Positions 1-7,176 of a stretch of DNA of 32,000 nt are shown here, piece after piece. The position numbers and the translations under genes are program-made. Each line of letters begins with the position of its first letter. Within the stretch, counting starts at the first letter, position 1. The stretch is from Candidatus Electronema halotolerans. GTDB lineage: Bacteria > Desulfobacterota > Desulfobulbia > Desulfobulbales > Desulfobulbaceae. The DNA lies in contig OW818675.1 of NCBI GenBank assembly GCA_942493095.1, positions 1,650,001 to 1,682,000 of the forward strand, written 5' to 3'. The notes beneath the pieces were generated by a model that saw only the letters and a list, made by a program, of their open reading frames with translations, searched no databases and had not been told where the DNA came from.

Positions 1-1625
1 CTCAGCTGAACACGCAGGTGCAGGCCGCTGGCAGCAGAACCAGCACCGAGCTGGCTGACAGCATCATCGACAGTCTGAATGATGCGGAAGTGCCGCTCTC
101 GCCGCAGCAGGAGCTGGACTTGTACGGCCCGGCAGTGGAGAAGACGGCCTTGACTGAGATCAACGAAACCTTCCGCAGCCTCTGGCATGAGCGGCGGCTG
201 GTCAAAGTGGCAGGCACGGCTGATCTGACCGGCAAGGAGCAGAAGCCGGAGGAAATCGTCCTGGCTGCGCAGCAGGCTGCTGAAGCTGCGGAACTCAAGC
301 CGTGGCAGCCGCCTGCGCAAGGCACTTTTCCCTATCTGCCGGAGCCGGAGACAGCAGCGACTGTAACGAAGCACATTGCCTATGACAAGATCAAGGCAGA
401 CCGGTACGTGTTCAGCAACGGCCTGATCCTGAATCTGAAGAAGACCGACTTTGAACCCAATGAGCTGCGGGCAGCCGTGGTCTTTGGCAAAGGCGAGCTG
501 ACTGAACCAAAACCCGGCCTTTCCCTGCTTGCTCCGATGCTGGTCGAGGAAAGCGGGGTCGGCGGCTTGGAGAAGGAGCAGCTCAAGGCTGCTTTGGCCG
601 CGTATTCCAGCTCAGTCTATTTTGATGTTGATGAGGACAGTTTCCAGTTCCAAGGCAAAGGATTGAAGGAGGAGACCGAACTGCTCTTTCAGCTCCTCAG
701 CACCCGCCTGCACGACCCAGCCTTTCGGGCTGATGCCTTGAAGCGGACGCGGCAGAAAATTGAACAGCTCTACGCGCAGATGGGGGCTGCTGTGGAAGGG
801 GTGATGCAGCTCAAAGGCGCACGTTTTCTGGCAGGCGGCAATTCCCGTTATGGCCTGCCGCCACTGAAGGAGTTGCAGAAGCTGACTTTGGCTGATGTGG
901 AGAACTGGCTGGCTCCGCTTTTCCGCAACGAGCCGCTGGAAATCTCTGTGGTCGGCGATTTTGACCCGGAGCAGGTGATCAAGCTGGCAGGCAAATACTT
1001 TGGCGAGCCGCGCACAGGCGGTCAGCAGGCTGAGGGAGAGAAAATCCTCTTTCCTTCCAGCCAGAAGCTCACGCTCAAGGTGACGACCGCCAGTGACAAG
1101 GCCATGCTGGCCGTGGCCTGGCCCACAGATGATTTCTGGGACATCTCCCGCACCCGCCGCCTCAGCGTGCTGGCCGCAGTGCTTGATGACCGCCTGCGCA
1201 AGCAGATTCGCGAGGACATGGGCGCGGCCTATTCGCCCTATGTCTATAACCAGTCCAGCACGGTTGATCCCGGTTATGGTGTGCTGCGCAGCATGATGCT
1301 GGTTGAGCCGGACAAGGCCGCTCTGCTGACCGCGAAGCTGAAGCAGGTCGGGGCGCAGCTCGCAAAAGGAACAATTACCGCTGAGGAGCTGGAGCGTGCC
1401 CTGGAGCCGACCCTGACCTCCATCAAGGACATGGTGCGCACCAACCGCTACTGGCTCGAATCTGTGCTGATCAATTCAGCCCGGCAGCCGCAGCGGCTCG
1501 ACTGGCCGACCACAATTCAGAGCGACTTTGCCGCCATCAAGACAAAGGAAATTGCTACCTTGGCCAAACGCTATCTACAGCCGGAAAAAGCGGCGGAGAT
1601 CATCATCCTGCCGAAGAAAAACTAA
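1..1625 (+). CDS. M16 (pitrilysin/insulinase) family peptidase, C-terminal portion; the 5' end lies upstream of the window
   Basis: The reading frame is open from the window start; the track ORF 18..1625 merely begins at an internal GTG. It has 535+ aa with M16_C-like modules (VVFGKGELTEPKPGLSLLAPMLVEESGVGGL; AVAWPTDDFWDISRTRRLSVLAAVLDDRLRKQIREDMGAAYSPY). No HxxEH zinc motif is visible, consistent with the catalytic N-terminus being upstream. Confidence 0.7.
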   Translation, partial: QLNTQVQAAGSRTSTELADSIIDSLNDAEVPLSPQQELDLYGPAVEKTALTEINETFRSLWHERRLVKVAGTADLTGKEQKPEEIVLAAQQAAEAAELKPWQPPAQGTFPYLPEPETAATVTKHIAYDKIKADRYVFSNGLILNLKKTDFEPNELRAAVVFGKGELTEPKPGLSLLAPMLVEESGVGGLEKEQLKAALAAYSSSVYFDVDEDSFQFQGKGLKEETELLFQLLSTRLHDPAFRADALKRTRQKIEQLYAQMGAAVEGVMQLKGARFLAGGNSRYGLPPLKELQKLTLADVENWLAPLFRNEPLEISVVGDFDPEQVIKLAGKYFGEPRTGGQQAEGEKILFPSSQKLTLKVTTASDKAMLAVAWPTDDFWDISRTRRLSVLAAVLDDRLRKQIREDMGAAYSPYVYNQSSTVDPGYGVLRSMMLVEPDKAALLTAKLKQVGAQLAKGTITAEELERALEPTLTSIKDMVRTNRYWLESVLINSARQPQRLDWPTTIQSDFAAIKTKEIATLAKRYLQPEKAAEIIILPKKN

Positions 1626-1649
1626 CGGTTTTCGCAAGCTGCAAGAGAA

Positions 1650-1680
1650 ATGCGCGGTCGGACAAACCGTTGCCGCGCAT
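1650..1680. terminator. Hairpin between convergent genes (8-bp stem ATGCGCGG/CCGCGCAT, 15-nt loop); possible terminator
   Basis: Perfect 8-bp GC-rich inverted repeat 25 nt after the peptidase stop, in the gap before the mutY 3' end. There is no clean U-tract, so it is weak as an intrinsic terminator. Confidence 0.3.
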
Positions 1681-1784
1681 CCTTGTTCCAGTGGTTCCGC
1701 TTCATTGATTCAAGGCGGTTGAGCGAAGCCGAAGGATGCGTTTGCAAATTATGCTTCAGCTATCTTAGCGCATTGAAAAGAGTT

Positions 1785-2852
1785 CTATCCTTTTGCAGGC
1801 ATCCTGCTGATCAGCTTGCGGCAGCCAGAGGAAAAAGCGTAACTGTCCAGCTCCTCGCGGCTCACCCAGCAAAACTGATCAGCGGCGTGGAGCACTGGCT
1901 GTGGCTGCTGCCCAGCGGCCAGTTGGCAGGCAAAGGCATGGAGCTTGACCCGGTATTTGGTATAGCTGTGACTGACGCTGGCAAAGGGGCGCAGCTCCGC
2001 AACCTGAAACTCGGTCTCTTCAGCGATTTCACGCCGGGCAGCCTCTGCCGGGGTCTCGCCCTGCTCCAGTCTGCCGCCGGGGAACTCCCACAGGCCGCCC
2101 CAGACATCATCCGCCTGCCGCTGCTGAATATAGAATTTGCCCTGATGCGCAATAATGCCACAGGCCATGATGATGTCTAACCTGTCCGGTTTCTTTGCTG
2201 CAACAGGCCGCTGGCTGACTGTTCCGGCAGCACGCGCCCGGCAGCAGTCATGCACCGGGCACTGGTCACAGGCCGGATTTCGTGGCAGACAGACCAAGGC
2301 ACCCAGTTCCATCAGTGCCTGATTGAAGTTGCGCGCATCATCCGCAGGCAGCAGCCCGGCGCAGAGCTGAAGCAGCCGCTTCTTGGTTGCGCTCTGCTTG
2401 GGCGGCTCGGCAATGTCCTCAAGCCGGCACAAGACCCGTTCCACATTGGCATCCACGAGCGGCACCGGCTGATTGAAGGCAATGGAGCAGATGGCGGCGG
2501 CAGTGTATGGGCCAATGCCGGGCAGGGCCAGCAAGGCAGTCTCGTCCTCCGGCAGCCTGCCATTGTGCTCGTTCATTAAAATGGCCGCTGTCCTGCGGAT
2601 GTTCCGTGCCCGGCTATAGTAGCCCAGCCCTTCCCAGGCTTTGAAAACTTCCTGCTCCGAAGCGGCGGCTAAGGTTGCCATGTCCGGGAATTGCTCCAGC
2701 CAGCGGCGCAGATAGCTGACCACCCGCTCCATCTGGGTCTGCTGGCCCATGATTTCGGCAATCCAGACCTGATAGCTGCCGCGCCACGGCAGGGGCCGCT
2801 GGTGTTCAGCAAACCACGCGAGAAGGCCCGATACGTTCAACCTGTCACTCAT
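1785..2852 (-). CDS. mutY: A/G-specific adenine DNA glycosylase MutY
   Basis: 355 aa. HhH-GPD glycosylase N-terminus (LPWRGSYQVWIAEIMGQQTQMERV), 4Fe-4S loop C-x6-C-x2-C-x5-C (CLPRNPACDQCPVHDCC), C-terminal NUDIX-like domain (GGLWEFPGGRLEQGETPAEAARREIAEE). Confidence 0.92.
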   Translation of the reverse strand: MSDRLNVSGLLAWFAEHQRPLPWRGSYQVWIAEIMGQQTQMERVVSYLRRWLEQFPDMATLAAASEQEVFKAWEGLGYYSRARNIRRTAAILMNEHNGRLPEDETALLALPGIGPYTAAAICSIAFNQPVPLVDANVERVLCRLEDIAEPPKQSATKKRLLQLCAGLLPADDARNFNQALMELGALVCLPRNPACDQCPVHDCCRARAAGTVSQRPVAAKKPDRLDIIMACGIIAHQGKFYIQQRQADDVWGGLWEFPGGRLEQGETPAEAARREIAEETEFQVAELRPFASVSHSYTKYRVKLHAFACQLAAGQQPQPVLHAADQFCWVSREELDSYAFSSGCRKLISRMPAKG

Positions 2853-2942
2853 GGCTCACCATTGCTGTTTTGCTGTAGGATCGACTTGCGCATCCGGCAT
2901 CACCGGCCCCTGCTTTTGACAGGGCTGCGGGCTTTTTTTTCA

Positions 2943-2971
2943 TTGACAGCAGGCCAGTTGCAACGTTAATA
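2943..2971 (+). promoter_or_regulatory. sigma70-like promoter for the 3030-4942 two-gene cassette
   Basis: TTGACA (2943-2948), 17 nt spacer, TTAATA (2966-2971), about 60 nt upstream of the ATG at 3030. It lies in the divergent mutY/3030 intergenic region. Confidence 0.35.
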
Positions 2972-3029
2972 AGCAGTGCTGGATAGTACCTGATGCTGGG
3001 AAAAAGTCAAGCTGCTGTGGAGAAACGTC

Positions 3030-3650
3030 ATGACTGTCTCTGCTGGATTTCTGATTTATGTCGCTCTGTACCGCCTGACCGTGCTGGCAGTTGGCGCGCT
3101 GTCCATCTGGCTGGGTTTCCGGTTGTTCAACAATGCCGGAAGCAGAGCCGATGACAGTGTCGGTTCTGCCAGCGCGGAAGGCAACGGCTTCAAGCTGGCC
3201 CTGACCAGCATTCTGCCCGGAACCTATTTCGCCCTCTTCGGCACAGTGATCATCAGCATCATGCTGTGGAAGGGCGAGCCGCCGCAGTTGAGCGAGAAGC
3301 AGGTTATTGAACAGCCCGGCAAAGCAACTGTGTCTTCGGAAAGATTGATGCGGGAAGACTGTCGGGTCAATCCTGACGGCATAGCTCAGGAATGGGAAAC
3401 TCTGGGCAAGTCCGGCCTGACCTTGACCGAAGCTGCCGGGCCGCTGCACAAGATTGCCTGCTATTATTGGAGCAAAAATCGCATCGGTGAGGCTGTGGCA
3501 ATGGCAAAGCTGGCGGCTTTGTATGGCAAGGACGAGGACAAAGCAGACCATCTTGCCTTGCTGGCTGAACTGCTGCGGGCAAATGGCGATGAGGAAGGGG
3601 CGGCCAAGACTGAGCAGGCGGTTGAAGCGTTGCGGAGACAGGGACAATGA
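3030..3650 (+). CDS. Hypothetical membrane protein with a helical TPR-like C-terminal region
   Basis: 206 aa. GGAGA Shine-Dalgarno 6 nt before the ATG. Hydrophobic segments (GFLIYVALYRLTVLAVGALSIWLGFRLF; FKLALTSILPGTYFALFGTVIISIMLW), then an Ala/Leu/Glu-rich helical tail (IGEAVAMAKLAALYGKDEDKADHLALLAELLRANGDEEGAAK). Its stop overlaps the next start (ATGA at 3647-3650). I recognise no family. Confidence 0.6.
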   Translation: MTVSAGFLIYVALYRLTVLAVGALSIWLGFRLFNNAGSRADDSVGSASAEGNGFKLALTSILPGTYFALFGTVIISIMLWKGEPPQLSEKQVIEQPGKATVSSERLMREDCRVNPDGIAQEWETLGKSGLTLTEAAGPLHKIACYYWSKNRIGEAVAMAKLAALYGKDEDKADHLALLAELLRANGDEEGAAKTEQAVEALRRQGQ

Positions 3651-4942
3651 AACGTGTGCTGCTGCTGATTGCGCTGACGGTTCTGCCTGCAACGACGCAG
3701 GCGGGCTTTGGCCGCTTTCAGGCCTTGGTGATCGGCAATCAGAATTACCGGCATCTGACCAAGCTGAAGACTCCGAAAGCTGATGCTGAGGCGGTCGCCA
3801 AGGTGCTGAAGCAGCAGTACGGCTTCACGGTTGAGCTGCTTTTGGACGCGACTTGGGAGCAGACCATGCGGGCCATTGCCAATCTGCGTAGAACAGCGAA
3901 CCGGAAAGAGGACAACCTGCTGATCTATTATGCCGGGCACGGTTATCTCAATGAAAAGACCGAGGTTGAATACTGGCAGCCAGTGGATGCGGAACGGGAC
4001 AGCGACATCTACTGGATTCCGACTTCCAGAATCACCAGCATGCTCAGAGAGCTGCGGGCCAGACATGTGCTGGTGGTGGCGGATTCCTGTTATTCCGGCA
4101 GCCTGCTGATGCGGGATTCTGGCGCGGAACTGCCGGACGGCTCAGGCTTGGATGAGCTGCTCCGGCGAATGCAGGAGAGACGCTCCCGCACAGCCCTGAC
4201 TTCGGGCGGCGAGGAGCCGGTTCTGGACGGCGGCGGCAGCGGCCATTCAATCTTTGCCAAGGTCTTTCTTGAGGTGCTGAAGACAAACCGGAGATTTTTG
4301 GACGGCTACAGCCTGTTTGAGCGGATCAGGCGGCCTGTCGCCCTGAACGCGCCCCAGACTCCGCAGTACGGGGATATTCGCATGACCGGTCATGAGTGGG
4401 GTGATTTTCTCTTGGTGCCCAAGGAGCTTCAGGGAGTGACGTTGCAGCAGCAGACGAGCAAGGTTGATTTGACATACTTGCAGCGGGGAGACAGAACAAT
4501 CGGGCAATATATTGATCATGGCGATGGCACGATCACTGACACGAAAAGCGGCTTGATGTGGAAACGCTGCTCAGAAGGGTTGGAAGGTGTGAACTGTGAA
4601 GAGGGAAAGGTGAAAAAATATGAATATGATGATGCGGTGAAGCGGTTCAAGAATATTGAATACGCAGGCTATTCTGACTGGCGGCTGCCAACCATTGATG
4701 AGTTGAAAACCTTGGTGCAGTGCAGCAAAGGGAAATATAAAGACGGTTGGTGCAACGATGGTTCTGAAAAACCGACGATCAACCAGCAGGCTTTTCCGAA
4801 TACCACTTCGTGGTACTGGTCCGGGTCGCCGTATGCTGGCAACTCGGACTACGCGTGGTACGTCCGTTTCAACGGCGGCTATTCCGGCAGCGACTTCCGC
4901 TTCAGCAACTACGCGGTTCGGTTGGTGCGCGGCGGACAGTGA
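3647..4942 (+). CDS. Secreted caspase-like (peptidase C14) protein fused to a C-terminal DUF1566 (Lcl C-terminal, lectin-like) domain
   Basis: 431 aa. Signal peptide MKRVLLLIALTVLPATTQA. Caspase His/Cys dyad contexts YYAGHG and VVADSCYSG. The C-terminal ~130 aa carry DUF1566 hallmarks (GLMWKRC, DWRLPTIDELKTL, YWSGSP, AWYVRFNGG, VRLVRG). Confidence 0.85.
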   Translation: MKRVLLLIALTVLPATTQAGFGRFQALVIGNQNYRHLTKLKTPKADAEAVAKVLKQQYGFTVELLLDATWEQTMRAIANLRRTANRKEDNLLIYYAGHGYLNEKTEVEYWQPVDAERDSDIYWIPTSRITSMLRELRARHVLVVADSCYSGSLLMRDSGAELPDGSGLDELLRRMQERRSRTALTSGGEEPVLDGGGSGHSIFAKVFLEVLKTNRRFLDGYSLFERIRRPVALNAPQTPQYGDIRMTGHEWGDFLLVPKELQGVTLQQQTSKVDLTYLQRGDRTIGQYIDHGDGTITDTKSGLMWKRCSEGLEGVNCEEGKVKKYEYDDAVKRFKNIEYAGYSDWRLPTIDELKTLVQCSKGKYKDGWCNDGSEKPTINQQAFPNTTSWYWSGSPYAGNSDYAWYVRFNGGYSGSDFRFSNYAVRLVRGGQ

Positions 4943-5016
4943 TTTTGTTTTTTTGCCTCTTGTCCCGGCAGGGACAGGCCCCTGTGCCTGTCCTGTTGCT
5001 GCTCAGGCAGGCGGAA

Positions 5017-5100
5017 TTTGTCGGGCGAGAAATGGAGCAAACGTCGCTCGACAAAAGGTGCATCTGTCGGGCGCGAGAAGGTGCAAGTCTCGCTCGACAG
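5017..5100. repeat. Two tandem ~46-nt hairpin-forming repeat units (TGTCGGGCG...TCGCTCGACA)
   Basis: Unit 1 spans 5017-5055: a 12-bp stem TTTGTCGGGCGA/TCGCTCGACAAA with one G.T, and a 15-nt loop. Unit 2 spans 5064-5100 and has the same arms with one bulge. A third 5' half-copy (TTGTCGGACGAG) starts at 5111. Confidence 0.6.
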
Positions 5101-5128
5101 AGCGATGGAATTGTCGGACGAGGAAATT

Positions 5129-6028
5129 CTACTGCCTCTTTTTCCCCTGCGCCACCCGTGGCCTGCCTGCCCAGTCAGGTGCTATCCTGACTTGCTCATA
5201 GCAGCCCGCTCGCTGCAAAGCCTGTTCCGTCTCTGCGCCCAAATCCGCGCCAATCTCCATGAACAGCCAGCCGCCGGGCCGCAGGCAGGCCGCCGCCTTG
5301 GCGCAGATCGTCTCAATTGCTTCCATGCCGGAGCTGCCGCCGGACAGAGCCAGATGCGGTTCCCAGTCGCGCACTTCCGCTTGCAGGCCGGGCAGGTCGC
5401 CTGCTTTGATGTAAGGCGGATTGCTGACAATGAGATCAAAAAAAGGCGCAGCGGAAAAGGCGGTCAGCAGGTCGGCGCAGAGAAGCCGCACCTGCTCGGC
5501 CATGTTGTGCCGGAGCAGATTGCGGCGGGCCACGGCCAGCGCGTCTAACGAGCAGTCCGAGGCTGTGACTGCGGCAGATGGCAGCTCTTTGGCCAAGACG
5601 GTGGCAATCACGCCGCTGCCTGTGCAAAGATCAAGGACGTGGCAGGGATGAAACTGCTCTTGCGAGAGGGTGCTCAGAACGTGTTCAAGAAGGAACTCGG
5701 TCTCCGGGCGGGGAATCAGCACTGCCGGACTGACATAAAAATCCATGGACCAGAACTCGCAGGTGCCGGTGATGTGCTGAAGCGGCTCGCGCTGGCAGCG
5801 GCGGCGCAGGCATTCCTCAATATGCTGAAGGCGGTCAGGCAGGACACGTTCCTGCTGCCGCAGGAAAAGGCTGGTGCGGGACAGGTTGAGGCAGTGGCGG
5901 ACAAGCAGCTCCGCTTCCAAGGGGCTGTCTTCCACCCCAGCCTCAGCAAGGGTGGCAGCAGCCTCTTTGAGCACGTCATGAATTGTAAGGGCGAAAAATT
6001 TTGGCTCTCCGAGTTTTTCGGTCGTCAC
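5129..6028 (-). CDS. prmC: Release-factor glutamine N5-methyltransferase PrmC (HemK)
   Basis: 299 aa. SAM-binding motif VLDLCTGSGVIA and substrate motif IVSNPPYI. GTG start at 6028 with only a weak RBS, so the exact start is uncertain. Confidence 0.9.
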   Translation of the reverse strand: MTTEKLGEPKFFALTIHDVLKEAAATLAEAGVEDSPLEAELLVRHCLNLSRTSLFLRQQERVLPDRLQHIEECLRRRCQREPLQHITGTCEFWSMDFYVSPAVLIPRPETEFLLEHVLSTLSQEQFHPCHVLDLCTGSGVIATVLAKELPSAAVTASDCSLDALAVARRNLLRHNMAEQVRLLCADLLTAFSAAPFFDLIVSNPPYIKAGDLPGLQAEVRDWEPHLALSGGSSGMEAIETICAKAAACLRPGGWLFMEIGADLGAETEQALQRAGCYEQVRIAPDWAGRPRVAQGKKRQ

Positions 6029-6379
6029 CCTGTTGCCTGTTGTTTTCTGATACCAAGCATGAAAGCATCCCGGAATTGGTTGAAGATGTGCTCCTGCTGA
6101 CTACCGGGCAACAGGCTGCGGCTGAACCGGAGTGCTGGAATACGATCTGCTTGAGGATGAGGTCGGGGACTGGATTGCCGTGCTGCGGCAGATGGATGGT
6201 GAAACTTCGTTAGGTGAAATCCTTGCCGCACTGAGCTTGAAGCAGGCTGACATCTGGAAGAGGCGTTGGATTACGGAGTGGTGGAGGTCAGGTAATCTGA
6301 CGCTTTGAACAACAAGTCAGATACAACTTACTGTTTTTTTAAGTTAATAATTCGAGTTCAAAGGAGTTGATATTGATAA

Positions 6380-6415
6380 GAAGCGTGTCCAGCTCATTCA
6401 TGCTGAACACGCTTC
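6380..6415. terminator. 9-bp perfect stem hairpin (GAAGCGTGT / ACACGCTTC, 18-nt loop), possible bidirectional terminator
   Basis: It sits 7 nt beyond the stop of small ORF A (minus strand). On the plus strand it is followed by TTATCTTT. Confidence 0.4.
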
Positions 6416-6421
6416 TTATCT

Positions 6422-6559
6422 TTAGATAATACCCCATGCTAGAAGCCGACCTGCTTTCAATTCGCTGCGAATCGCAACAGAATTTTTTCTTCCTTTCTTG
6501 CCGGTCTTCCGTGCCGAAATAATCTTACAGTCTGTTTTTTTGCTGATATTACGTTTCAT
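6422..6559 (-). CDS. Small Lys/Arg-rich ORF A (45 aa), unknown function
   Basis: MKRNISKKTDCKIISARKTGKKGRKNSVAIRSELKAGRLLAWGII. A strong Shine-Dalgarno (AAGGAGGG) lies 5-6 nt before the ATG at 6559. The track's longer version (to 6616) starts inside a palindrome and lacks an RBS. No homolog recognised. Confidence 0.4.
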   Translation of the reverse strand: MKRNISKKTDCKIISARKTGKKGRKNSVAIRSELKAGRLLAWGII

Positions 6560-6592
6560 GATATCCCTCCTTCTTGATGATACGTGTTTTAA

Positions 6593-6615
6593 TGGCTTAC
6601 TTAATAAGTAAGCCA
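6593..6615. promoter_or_regulatory. 23-bp palindrome TGGCTTACTTA-A-TAAGTAAGCCA (operator-like, or a 5'-UTR hairpin)
   Basis: Perfect 11-bp arms around one central base. It lies between the TTGACA box at 6631-6636 and the RBS of small ORF A. Confidence 0.5.
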
Positions 6616-6623
6616 ATTTTATA

Positions 6624-6647
6624 GACGGATTGTCAAGATTTTTTTAG
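6624..6647 (-). promoter_or_regulatory. Copy A of a 24-nt TTGACA-containing repeat
   Basis: Plus strand GACGGATTGTCAAGATTTTTTTAG matches 6868-6891 at 22/24 positions. The minus strand reads TTGACA (6636-6631), but there is no convincing -10 at 16-18 nt spacing. Confidence 0.3.
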
Positions 6648-6679
6648 CATAAATCGAAAAAAATAACCGCCAATGAGGA

Positions 6680-6793
6680 TCAGCGTACAGGAACAAACAA
6701 GAATCCGACTTTCACCCCGGTTCGGACCTTTTGGGGACTCCTGTTTTTTTCTTTGCAGGCTGCAACCGTTTTACGTCCTGTTTTTCTTTTCAT
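6680..6793 (-). CDS. Small Lys/Arg-rich ORF B (37 aa), doubtful
   Basis: MKRKTGRKTVAACKEKNRSPQKVRTGVKVGFLFVPVR. It shares the MKR start and an RKTG+K motif with ORF A and lies downstream of the module B promoter. It has no Shine-Dalgarno and may be part of a non-coding RNA instead. Confidence 0.2.
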   Translation of the reverse strand: MKRKTGRKTVAACKEKNRSPQKVRTGVKVGFLFVPVR

Positions 6794-6851
6794 ATATCGG
6801 ATGCCGTTTTCATGTTATCAGTATAGGGCATGAAACATTATTGTAATAATA

Positions 6852-6891
6852 ATTATCCTATCTGCTGGACGGCTTGTCAAGATTTTTTCAG
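6852..6891 (-). promoter_or_regulatory. Copy B of the TTGACA repeat, forming a near-consensus sigma70 promoter
   Basis: Minus strand: TTGACA (6880-6875), 17 nt spacer, GATAAT (6857-6852). The repeat core at 6868-6891 is 22/24 identical to 6624-6647. Confidence 0.45.
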
Positions 6892-6980
6892 TAGTGTCCG
6901 GTTAGGTTTTTGCATACGGTTTAACCCCGCATGGTGTCCTGTGACGATACCCGTCAGTTTTTTGACCCGCCATCAGCTCA

Positions 6981-7176
6981 TTTTTGTGGATTCAACTCGC
7001 AAGTGCAACTTTTTTTGGTTATCCAAAAAGCATAAGTTGGCTGGCACTTTGAATACTTCATGTAAATTTTCAATTATTTTCTCTTAGTTAGCGACAAAAG
7101 CAAAGTTGTGACACTCCCGTAACTGCCTTTTCTTGCAACCAAAAAAAGTTGCACTTGGAACTTGAATTCACCAAAA
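6981..7176. mobile_element. MITE-like element or long stem-loop: ~40-bp imperfect inverted repeats with a perfect 21-bp core, flanking 116 bp of AT-rich DNA
   Basis: CAAGTGCAACTTTTTTTGGTT (7000-7020) is the exact reverse complement of 7137-7157. Complementarity continues imperfectly out to about 6981 and 7176. No transposase is present. Confidence 0.4.

Noticed and set aside
6422-6616. Longer 64-aa version of small ORF A from the track
   Set aside because: Its start lies inside the 23-bp palindrome with no RBS. The internal ATG at 6559 has a near-perfect AAGGAGGG Shine-Dalgarno, so the 45-aa form is preferred.
7042-7057. TGGCAC hexamer considered as a sigma54 -24 element
   Set aside because: The -12 position reads ATACT rather than TTGC(A/T), so the obligatory GC dinucleotide is absent.
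6830-7087. 85-aa Cys-rich plus-strand ORF in the AT-rich insert
   Set aside because: It has no RBS, runs across the module B promoter box and into the left arm and core of the inverted-repeat element, and its composition is what AT-rich non-coding DNA gives by chance.
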